The notes under the pieces: model-generated
Database searches by the model: none
What the model saw: the letters and a program-made list of their open reading frames with translations, nothing else
Told to the model about the DNA's origin: nothing
Position numbers and translations under genes: made by a program
In this document: in pieces, positions 1 through 11,000 of the stretch
How the letters are laid out: each line of letters begins with the position of its first letter
Numbering within the stretch: the stretch's first letter is position 1
Assembly: GCA_002269645.1 (NCBI GenBank)
Contig: NIVC01000016.1
Coordinates: 372,001 to 436,000 of the forward strand
Direction: 5' to 3'
Origin: Macrostomum lignano
Taxonomy: Eukaryota
Length of the DNA stretch: 64,000 nt

Positions 1-438
1 AAAAAAAGCGTAATGTAAAAAATAAAAGAAGCTTCATGTCGAACTTAAGAGATTCATTTGGGAATCCCTAAGATGTCGAGGCTTGCAGGGAATCGCTATA
101 ATGCTGTAGTAGTGCTATAATGACTCTCAGAGAGAATTACTGAAATTTCAATGCTTTAGGGTTAGGTTAGGGTTAGGGTTAGGGTAGGGTTAGGGTTAGG
201 CTAGGGTTAGGGTTAGAAGGTTGACAGATATTTTTAGATTTCCAAGGCTTATTGGGGGCATTGCTGAGATGTCAAGGGGGGAAGTTGATGTGTTAAAGCT
301 TGTGGGGGGGAATTATTGACATGTCAAGGCTTACAAGGTTTGACAGGAGATTTTTTAAGATTTCAAGGATATATGTAGCTTATTAAAAAACGTGTATTGC
401 ATTTCTTTGGCGCCCCAACGGGGGGCGTAGATTGCTAG
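1..438 (+). mobile_element. 3' end of a non-autonomous Helitron (copy 0, truncated by the window edge)
   Basis: Ends in GC hairpin gcgccccaacggggggcgt followed by agattgCTAG (435-438), the canonical Helitron 3' terminus. The segment is the reverse complement of 1220-1670. Confidence 0.8.
156..216 (+). repeat. Interstitial telomere-like (TTAGGG)n block inside the Helitron 3' region
   Basis: About 10 TTAGGG units with a few variants (TTAGG, TAGGG, CTAGGG). Confidence 0.95.
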
Positions 439-1444
439 TCCAATATACTAAAAATGAAAATCTTGCTTGCTTGTAATCGATTAGAGAAAAAATGGCTTAA
501 CCGATTTTCATGAGACTTGCACTGTTCGATCAGAAATTTTCCCGTGACTGTACATGCATCGTGGCTAAGAAATTGCTCGATGCTAAAGGCATTAAATATT
601 CGAAAAACATGCTTTTTCGCAAAGGTCAAGCAAACTTTTCGACTTGAAATGCATTGTAAGAATGCTAGAGAAAAAACTGACTGGTTGAATTCTGATTCTG
701 AAATAGATTGCATCATAACTGAATTGTAACTCCGACTTGAATTGAAAATGCAGTGTGGAAGCGTAGCACCAGACTTGATTTAAATTGCGTAACCATATTG
801 TTAACTGATACTGACTGACTGAGAAACTGATTATGTCATAACTGCTTCGTGTGATTTACTCTATGCTTGGATTTTAAAGTGTTGAATTATATAAGTGCAA
901 AATTTGATGTTATCAAAACGATAAGAGCTAGCCTAGAGGTAAACAGACTGAACTACTAAATGCAGAAACGATGGTTCGAATTTTCATAGAGTATAATTTT
1001 TTTTAATTAAAGCTTTTCAACGTCAGGAAAACTAAAAGACTTTTTAAAAAGAATCGTCATGTAAAAATCGTAGAAGCGTCATGTAAAAAATCATAGAAGC
1101 GTCATGTAAACAATCAGAGAAGTGTCATTTAAAAAATCATAGAAGCGTCATGTAAACAATCATAGAAGCGTCATGTAAAGAATCGTAGAAGCGTCATGTA
1201 AACAATCATAGAAGCGTCACTAGCAATCTACGCCCCCCGTTGGGGAGCCAAAGAAATGCAATACACGTTTTTTAATAAGCTACATATATCCTTGAAATCT
1301 TAAAAAATCTCCTGTCAAACCTTGTAAGCCTTGACATGTCAATAATTCCCCCCCCCCCACAAGCTTTAACACATCAACTTCCCCCCTTGACATCTCAGCA
1401 ATGCCCCCAATAAGCCTTGGAAATCAAAAATATCTGTCAACCTT

Positions 1445-1512
1445 CTAACCCTAACCCTAGCCTAACCCTAACCCTAACCCTAACCCTAACCCTAACCCTA
1501 ACCTAACCCTAA
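1445..1512 (-). repeat. (CCCTAA)n telomere-like block of copy 2
   Basis: Tandem CCCTAA units. A decayed second block lies at ~1890-1940. Confidence 0.95.
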
Positions 1513-2339
1513 AGCATTGAAATTTCAGTAATAATTCTCTCTAAGAGTCATTATAGCACTACTACAGCATTATAGCGATTCCCTGCAAGCCTCGACATCG
1601 TAGGGATTCCCAAATGAATCTCTTAACTTCGACATGAAGCTTCTTTTATTTTTTACATTACGCTTTTTTTATCAGCGATCCCTCCCCTGAGGAGGCATCA
1701 AATAATGCAATAAAAAGTTTTCAATAAACTACATGTAGACTTTAGCCTTGAAATCTCATTTATACCCCCGTGAGCCTTGACATCTCAGCTATTCCCCCCG
1801 TAAGCCTTAACATGTCAGCGATAGCCCCCATAAACCTTGAAATCTAAAAAATCCCCTGTTATTCTGTTAACCTTGAAACCCGATAAAATCTAACCCTCAA
1901 CCCACACCTGACCTAAACCTAACTTTAACCCAACCTAAAGCCTTGAAATCTCAGCAATTCTTCTCCCCTAAGCCTTGACATTTTAGTGATTCCTTCTTTA
2001 AGAATCACAGAACTATAACGATTTCCACCTAGCTTTGACATCGTAGCAATTCCCAAATGAATCTTTTAACTTCGACATGACTTTTCTTTTATGTATACGT
2101 AGTGCTACTTTTATTTTTTACATGACTCTTCTTCTATCAGCGTCCCCCCCCCCGTGGCGAGCCAACAAAGAATGCAATAAAAAAATTGAGTAAAGTACAT
2201 GAACTTTGAAGTAGCTTCTGACTTTTGCTTTGACATCTCAGAACCCCCCCCCCCCGTAATCTCAGTTATTCTCTGAGAGCCTTGACGTCTCATTTTTTCT
2301 CCCCACCACAGCATTATAGCTGCATTTATTTTTACATGA

Positions 2340-4942
2340 CACCCTTCATGTCTGACATGACGCTTCTTTTATTGTACCATGATGCTTCTTAATTTTTTAA
2401 ATGACACTCATTAGTTTTTAAATGAGGCTTCTATGATTTTTTCTTGACGCTTCTATGATTTTTAAATGACGCTTCTATGATTTTTTACATGACGCTTCTA
2501 TGATTTTTATATGACGCTTCTATGATTGTTTACATAACGCTTCAATGATTTTTTAAATGACGCTACTATGATTTTTATATGACGCTTCTACGATTTTTTA
2601 CATGACGCTTCTATGATTGTTTACATGACGCTTCTATGATTTTTTACATGACGCTTCTATGAATTTTTACATGACGCTTCTATGATTGTTTACATGACGC
2701 TTCTATGATTTTTTACATGACGCTTCTATGAATTTTTACATGACGCTTCTATGATTGTTTACATGACGCTTCTATGATTTTTTACATGACGCTTCTATGA
2801 TTTTTTAAATGACGCTTCTATGATTTTTTTATGACGCTGCTACGATTTTTTACATGACGCTTCTATGATTGTTTACATCACGCTTTTGTGATTTTTACAT
2901 GACGCTTCTTTGATTTTTAAAATGACGCTTCTATGATTGTTTACATGACGCTTCTATGATTGTTTACATGACGCTTCTACGATTTTTTACATGGTGCTTC
3001 TATGATTTTTTACATGACGCTTCTATGATTGTTTACATGATGCTTCTATGAATTTTTACATGACGCTTCTATGATTTTTAAATGAGGCTTCTATGAATTT
3101 TTACATGACGCTTCGATGACTTTTAAATGAGGCTTCTATGATTTTTTACATGACGCTTCTATGATTTTTTAAATGACGCTTCTATGATTGTTTACATCAC
3201 GCTTTTGTGATTTTTACATGACGCTTCTATGATTTTTAAAATGACGCTTCTATGATTGTTTACATGACGCTTCTATGATTGTTTACATGACGCTTCTATA
3301 ATTTTTTAAATGACGCTTCTATGATTTTTTACATGACGCTTCTATGATTGTTTACATGACGCTTCTAGGATTTTTGACATGACGCTTCTATGATTGTTTA
3401 CATGACGCTTCTATGAATTTTTACAAGACGCTTCTATGATTTTTTACATGACGCTTCTATGATTGTTTACATGACGCTTCTATGATTGTTTACATGACAC
3501 TTCTATGATTGTTTACATGACGCTTCTATGACTTTTTACATGACGCTTCTACGATTTTTTACGTGACGCTTCTATGATTGTTTACATGACGCTTCTATGA
3601 TTTTTTACATGACGCTTCTATGATTGTTTACATGACGCTTCTATGATTTTTTACGTGACGCTTCTATGATTGTTTACATGACGCTTCTATGATTTTTTAC
3701 ATGACGCTTCTATGATTCATTACATGACGTTTCTATGATTTTTTACATGACGCTTCTATGATTGTTTGCATGACGCTTCTATGATTTTTTACATGACGCT
3801 TCTATGATTCATTACATGACGCTTCTATGATTTTTTACATGACGCTTCTATGATTGTTTACATGACGCTTCTATGATTTTTATATGACGCTTCTACGATT
3901 TTTTACATGGTGCTTCTATGATTTTTTACATGACGCTTCTATGATTTTTATATGACGCTTCTACGATTTTTTACATGGTGCTTCTATGATTTTTTACATG
4001 ACGCTTCTATGATTGTTTACATGACGCTTCTATGAATTTTTACATGACGCTTCTATGATTTTTAAATGAGGCTTCTATGATTTTTTACATGACGCTTCTA
4101 TGATTTTTATATGACGCTTCTATGATTTTATATGACGCTTCTACGATTTTTTACATGGCGCTTCTATGATTGTTTACATGACGCTTCTATGATTTTTAAA
4201 TGAGGCTTGTATTATTTTTTACTTGACGCTTCTATGATTGTTTACATGACGCTTCTATGATTGTTTACATGACGCTTCTTTGATTGTTTACATGACGCTT
4301 CTATGATTGTTTACATGACGCTTCTATGATTTTTTACATGACGCTTCTATGAATTTTTACATGACGCTTCTATGATTGTTTACATGGCGCTTCTATGATT
4401 TTTTACATGACGCTTCTATGAATTTTTACATGACGCTTCTATGATTGTTTACATGACGCTTCTATGATTTTTTACATGACGCTTCTATGATTTTTTAAAT
4501 GACGCTTTTATGATTTTTTCATGACGCTGCTACGATTTTTTACATGACGCTTCTATGATTGTTTACATCACGCTTTTGTGATTTTTACATGACGCTTCTC
4601 TGATTTTTAAAATGACGCTTCTATGATTGTTTACATGACGCTTCTATGATTGTTTACATGACGCTTCTACGATTTTTTACATGGTGCTTCTATGATTTTT
4701 TACATGACGCTTCTATGATTGTTTACATTACGCTTCTATGAATTTTTACACGACGCTTCTATGATTTTTAAATGAGGCTTCTATGATTTTTTACATGACG
4801 CTTCTATGATTTTTTAAATGACGCTTCTATGATTGTTTACATCACGCTTTTGTGATTTTTACATGACGCTTCTATGATTTTTAAAATGACGCTTCTATGA
4901 TTGTTTACATGACGCTTCTATGATTGTTTACATGACGCTTCT
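2340..4942. repeat. 23-bp satellite array (consensus atgacgcttctatgatt(g/t)tttac)
   Basis: Uninterrupted head-to-tail 22-24 bp monomers over ~2.6 kb with no unique spacers. Confidence 0.97.
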
Positions 4943-5571
4943 TTTTAAAAAGTCTTTTAGTTTTCCTGACGTTGAAAAGCTTTAATTAAAAAAATTATAC
5001 TCTATGAAAATTCGAACCATCGTCGCTGAATTTAGCAGTTCAGTTTGTTTACCTCTAGGCTAGCTCTCATCGTTTTGATAACATCAAATTTTGCACTTAT
5101 ATAATTCAACACTTTAAAATCCAAGCATAGAGTAAATCACACGAAGCAGTTATGACATAATCAGTTTCTCAGTCAGTCAGTATCAGTTAACAATATGGTT
5201 ACGCAATTTAAATCAAGTCTGGTGCTACGCTTCCACACTGCATTTTCAATTCAAGTCGGAGTTACAATTCAGTTATGATGCAATCTATTTCAGAATCAGA
5301 ATTCAACCAGTCAGTTTTTTCTCTAGCATTCTTACAATGCATTTCAAGTCAAAAAGTTTGCTTGACCTTTGCAAAAAAGCATGTTTTTCGAATATTTAAT
5401 GCCTTAAGCATCGAGCAATTTCTTAGCCACGATGCATGTACAGTCACGGGAAAATTTCTGATCGAACAGTGCAAGTTCGAACAAAATCGGTCCAGCCATT
5501 TTTTCTCTAATCTATCACATATATATATAGACATCACATTTTTAGTATATAGGATTTAGTATATTTAGATT

Positions 5572-5960
5572 TAAAAAATCATAGAAGCATCATGTAAACA
5601 ATCATAGAAGCGACATGTAAAAAATCATAGAAGCGTCATGTAAACAATCATAGAAGCGACATGTAAAAAATCATAGAAGCGTCATGTAAACAATCATAGA
5701 AGCGTCATGTAAACAATCATAGAATCGTCATGTAAAAATCATAGAAGCGTCATGTAAACAATTATAGAAGCGTCATGTAAAAATCATAAAAGCGTCATGC
5801 AAACAATCATAGAAGCGTCATGTAAAAAATCATAGAAGCGTCATCAAAAGATCATAGAAGCCTCATATAAAAACTAATGGAAGTGTCATTTGAGAAATCA
5901 TAGAAGCGTCATGGAAGAATAAAAGAAGCGTCATGTCAGACATGAAAGAAGTGTCATGTA
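5572..5960. repeat. 23-bp satellite in the opposite orientation (gtaaacaatcatagaagcgtcat), also at 1050-1219
   Basis: Reverse complement of the 2340-4942 monomer. It belongs to plus-strand copy 1. Confidence 0.93.
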
Positions 5961-6625
5961 AAAATTAAAAGAAGCTATTGTGCTGTGCTGGGGAGAATTA
6001 CTAAGATGTCAAGGCTCACGGAGAATAACTGAGATTATGGGGAGGGGGTTTCTGAGATGCCAGAGAAGCAAAGTAGCAAACGTCAGAAGCTACTTCAAAG
6101 TACATGTAGTTTACTCAATTTTTTATTACATTCTTTGTTGGCTCGCTACGGGGGAGGGGGCGTTGATAGAAGAAGAGTCATGTAAAAAAGAGAAGAAGCA
6201 CTATGTGTACATAAAAGAAGAGTCATTATGTCAAAGTTAAAAGATTCATTTGGGAATTGCTACGATGCCAAGGCTTGGAGGGAATCGCTATGGTGCTGTG
6301 ATTCTTAAATAAGGAATCACTAAAATGTCAAGGCTTAGGGGAGAAGAATTGCTGAGATTCAAGGCTTTAGGTTGGGTTAAAGTTAGGTTTAGGTCAGGTT
6401 TGGGTTGAGGGTTAGATTTTAGCGGGTTTCAAGATTAACAGGGGATTTTTCAGATATCAAGGTTTATGGGGGGCATCGCTAACATGTCAAGGCTTACGGG
6501 GGGAATAGCTGAGATGTCAAGGCTCACGGGGGAATACTGAGCTACGATGTCGAGGCTTGCAGGGAATCGCTATAATGCTGTAGTACTATAATGACTCTCG
6601 GAGAGAATTACTGAAATGTCAATGC

Positions 6626-6666
6626 TTTAAGGTTAGGGTTAGGGTTAGGGTTAGGGTTAGGTTTAG
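6626..6666 (+). repeat. (TTAGGG)n block of copy 1
   Basis: About 5 perfect TTAGGG units in the same context (atgcttt...ttagaagg) as 156-216. Confidence 0.93.
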
Positions 6667-8020
6667 AAGGTTAACAGATTTTTTAAGATTTCAAGGCTTA
6701 TGGGGGGAATTGCTAAGATGTCAAGGGGGAGTTGAAAAGCTAAGGCTTGTGGGGGGGGGAGGAATTGCTGGCATGTCAAGGCTTACAAGGGGTTGCTGAG
6801 GTATAATGCAAAGAGACGCTTATATGTAGTTTATTAAAAAACTTGTGCTGTATTATTTGGCTCCCCAACGGGGGGCGCTGATTGCTAGTCCCATCTGAAA
6901 ATGCACTAAGATAGGGCTAGTAGGCAGCACCTTAAGGACAGGATCTTTTTTGATCCTCTGATGAACCTTCTTGCGCTAGGAATATCTCTGCAGCCAGCAT
7001 ACGAGCTACTTGTGAACTGTTTGTATTTAAATTGGTACATATGAGCCCCAGTTCGTCCCACTCTGGCATGATCACTGTTTCGATCTACTCAATGCTTTGC
7101 GGTTTGAAAATCAGCCCATAATTCTAGGAATGGATTCAACAAGTGCACCAATTCCACGCACACAGGGATGTCTGCAGAAAGATTTATACTACCACGCATT
7201 GGTATTGCGTCATCCATTTGAAGGGGAAGGAATCTCCTGTTTCAGTGCTTGAGCTATTGTCCTCATCTCAGACTGCTACGACTTTGAAGTTCATCATTGA
7301 CCTCTGGGTTACGCGTGCCGGGATGTCCATTTCGGGCTTGCACTTTGATCAAGTTGTAATTAACTACAATATTCCGACGCTGCAAGCGTCCTTGCTGGAT
7401 TCAACGTAGCATTTTCGGATATTTGCAATCTTACTCTAAGTCTGACTTTAACAGTCGGAAGTCACATGTCCATAAATTTTGCTATTGGTCTGAGTATTCC
7501 AACTGCCAAAGTAAAATCCTTAGAACATAGAAGTAGGCCTTTTTATCATTTGTTCGTTCAAATAGCATTCACCAGGCCGGGATTGTGCTGGAAAGCTTTT
7601 TTCGCATCTTTTTGGAGCCACTTTCGAATTCCATATTATAAGCTCATCGTGTTCTTCAAGAAGCTGAAAAAGATGACATCAGCGATACCTATGCAGAACT
7701 AACAAGTGACCTGCTGTACCATCGTCCTGACAGTAAAGAAAATCGGCATTGTTTGAAGTAATGACTATTTCTACATGAAGACCGCCACTTTCGCCAATTA
7801 TCCTACTATGACGATGTCAGTTTCTTTCATGCTTCTTTCTTAATACATACCACACTATTTGACGAAATGACAGACTGACTATTTAACGAAAAGGTATTTG
7901 ACGAAATGTCTGGTCACCTTATGTGCGGCTGCTCATTCTCTGAGACTATTAAACTTTCTGCATGTAGATCTGGATTTTCAAGGAGTCGTGATTCAAATGC
8001 TCTTTCTTTCATTGCCACAG

Positions 8021-11000
8021 GCTGCTGGAGCTGGCATACCAGCCACATGTGCTCGGTCGCATGGACCGCCAATGTCCGCACTGCAGCGCGCTACGCTGGA
8101 AGGACGAGCCAGCTAGCATTTGCTGCCGTGCTGGAAAGGTGAGTTAACATTTTTTATTTAGTGTACTCGAATTGGTGCCTCATTGATGCCTTTTTATGCC
8201 GATCTTTGTATAAAATGAATTTTACTGTATAAAACCCGGTACAGCCCGACTTCACATAAAGCTAAGAAATCCAATATTTCTTTGAAATCTAAGAAGCTAA
8301 AGGCGATACACTAAATGCTACACGTAATCGAAAGTTGCGTTCACAAACAAGCCACTGCCATAAAGTGATAAATTCAACTTTTCAACTTCAATGTTTACTT
8401 AAATCCAACTCAGACCGTCCTGGAGCCCCGCAGTGACCCCCCTGAAGTCCTAAAGCGGCTTCTGACTGGCCAGCACCCGGACAGTTCGCAGTTCCTGAAG
8501 GACATCAGGAAGTACAACGGCGCGCTCCACATGTCCTCACTCGGTGCCAAGCAGCATGAGAAGCCCGGCTGGAACCCGAGCTTCATCCTCCATGGTCAGA
8601 TGCACCATCGGATCGGCAGCCTGTTGCCGGATCCGGGGGATGAGGCTAGGTTCTGCCAGGTTTTTTTTGTGGACCAGGAGCTGCAAAACCGGCTGCAGTG
8701 GGCCACCGGACTGAACGGTCGTCTGCTGGAAGAGCTGCAAGCCATGCTGCATGCTTGCAACGGCTACGTGCGCAGCCTCAAGTCCGCTGTTGACTTGCTC
8801 CGCAACGACCCTCAGCTGCAAAGCGCCAAGGTCGTCATCAACCCCGATGCCCGTCCATCTGGGGAGCATGCCAGACGCTTCAATTTGCCCGAGTGCAGTG
8901 AAGTCGGCATCCTGACGGACCTTGACGATACCGAAGGCGCAGCCCAGACGCGACGGCGGGACGTGATTTTGCGTCTGAGGGGCGGTGGTGAGTTCTGCGT
9001 CTCGAACTTTATATTAAACTTATTTTTATTTGTTAATACAAACGTATAAATCTATTGAATCAATGTATTATCTCTTGCTTTTGTGTGAACTGGAAGATTC
9101 AAGTATTCTGTTTGACGGATATAACTGCTTTATTTGCATTAAGAAAAGACGAATTCATTTTTGATTCTGTAATTCACAGGCCTCCAGAGCATCTGTGACA
9201 CCCACCGCTCCTACGATCCCTTGGAGTACGTCCTGCTGTTCCCATTTGGTGAGGACGGCTGGAGCATCGGACTCAAGCAGGATCGTGGCATCACTATCAT
9301 GAAGTATTACGCCTTCATGATCCAGGTGCGCCCAGGCCAGTTCAACAGCCTGCACTACGGAGGCCGGCTGTTCCAGCAGTATCTGGTCGACCAGGCTGCC
9401 AAGATTGAGTCGGAGAGGCTCAACTACATCCGGTTGCACCAGAAGGATCTGCTGTCAGAGCGCCTGCGCGGATTGCGAGATGCCCTCCATGCGAACGACG
9501 GGGACCCGAGCGAGATCGACCCGATGGGGATCGACATCGGGAACCACGTCATCCTGACGTCTAGCTACGTCGGTGGCCCTCGGTACCGTCTGGAACGTCA
9601 GCAGGATGCCATGGCGTATGTGCACGCCTTCGGCCGCCCAGACCTATTCCTGACGATGACGTGTAACCCGAAGTGGCCTGAGATCCTTGCTGAGCTACTT
9701 CCTGACCAAACTGCCGTGGATCGGCCGGAAATCACCGCCCGGGTGTTCGAGCTGAAGAAGAAGGCCTTCCTCGACAGGCTGAAGAGTCTGTTTGGGGACA
9801 CGCTGGCTCGAGTCTGCGCTCTCGAGTACCAAAAGCGAGGTAACTACTATCATGCCAATATTTATTGCATAATTAAATATCTGTACTACTAAAATGGTTG
9901 AAAATGCTATTCCTGGAGACAATTAAAAATTGGTTATATTTCCTGATAAACTTTTGCTCATAAACTTTTTATTTATGAACCAAATGCCACTTTAAACAGG
10001 TCTTCCCCACGTGCACGCACTGCTTTGGTTGGCTGTCAAGCTGAAGCCGGATCAGTATGACGCCATCATCAATGCAGAACTCCCGGATCCCGTTGCCGAC
10101 GCGGACCTGCACAAGCTGGTCGCTGAGAATCTCCTGCATGGTCCCTGTGGAATGCAGCTGAATCCAGCCGCGTCGTGCATGGAGAATGGCGCATGCAGCA
10201 AGCGCTATCCGAGAGAGTTCCAGGCAGTAACGATGATTCAAGAGGACGGCTACCCGCACTATCGTCGCAGATCAACCGAGATGGGCGGCTTCTCGGTGAC
10301 GAAGGTCGCAAAGCTGCGCGGCGGTCACAAGGCGAATTTCACCTTTGACAATCGCTGGGTGGTGCCGTACTGCCCTGCGCTGCTGCGCGAGTTTAGGTGT
10401 CACCTGAACGTTGAGATCTGCGCGACTGTCAAGGCGATAAAGTATGTCGTCAAGTACATAACTAAGGGCAGCGACATGGCAACATTCCAAGTCCGGAAAG
10501 AGCTAGCTGCTGCTGCTGCTGCTGCTGCTGTTGTTGTTGTTGTTGTTTGCGCTGAAGGCGCGAACATCCTAGTTTGCATCGTTTTCCTTCCACTTGGTAC
10601 GGTACCAGTTCCAGTACTGGAGCGCCTCCTCTGGGTGCTCGTTGAGGTGGTGCAGCTCCGTGGGCCCGTCCAGCCTTCGCCTGATCTCCGTGGCCGGGCA
10701 CTGACTGCTCACATGTTCGACCGTTTCTTCTTCGGTCCCGCACGCCGGGCACATTGCGTCGGTGGTTCTGCCTATCCGCCGGCAGTAGGCCCTCAGCTCC
10801 AGCGAGTGGCCCGTGCGGAAACGAATAAAGCTAACCGCCTCCGCCCTGTTCTTGTAGGCTGGGTGCCTGGCCGTACCGAGGTGGCCATAGGTGTCTTTCG
10901 ATCTTTCGTGCGACCAGTGCCTGCTGTTCTGGCTTGCCGCCTTCGCCACGGCTGCCAGCCGTCTGCGGACGACGCTCGCCAGCACTCCGGCCTCCGCCTG

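Larger units (their letters stand above)
1220..5554 (-). mobile_element. Non-autonomous Helitron copy 2 (minus strand), nested in the satellite of copy 1
   Basis: On the minus strand it reads A|TCCTATATACTAAAAATG (5554) ... hairpin-CTAG|T (1220), an A|T target with no TSD. Termini and internal modules match 27595-32929. Confidence 0.85.
439..6888 (+). mobile_element. Non-autonomous Helitron copy 1 (plus strand), interrupted by nested copy 2
   Basis: Starts TCCAATATACTAAAAATG at 439, then a ~610-bp conserved 5' module. The satellite runs 1050-1219 and resumes ~5572-5960. The 3' module has TTAGGG and ends ccccaacggggggcg...attgCTAG|T at 6885-6889. Confidence 0.75.

Noticed and set aside
156-216. 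True chromosome telomere
   Set aside because: The tracts are short, internal, in both orientations and at a fixed position within a repeat family.
435-729. Recurrent ORF MMQSISESEFNQ... (also at 5275, 24664, 32632)
   Set aside because: It recurs only because it lies in the repeated Helitron 5' module. Length and C-terminus vary by frameshift between copies and it has no domain.
2340-4942. 23-bp repeats as a CRISPR array
   Set aside because: Monomers are contiguous with no unique spacers, there are no cas genes, and the context is eukaryotic.
6900-7700. Possible decayed hAT-like transposase on the minus strand
   Set aside because: Composition is coding-like but there are many stops and no motif I could identify with confidence.
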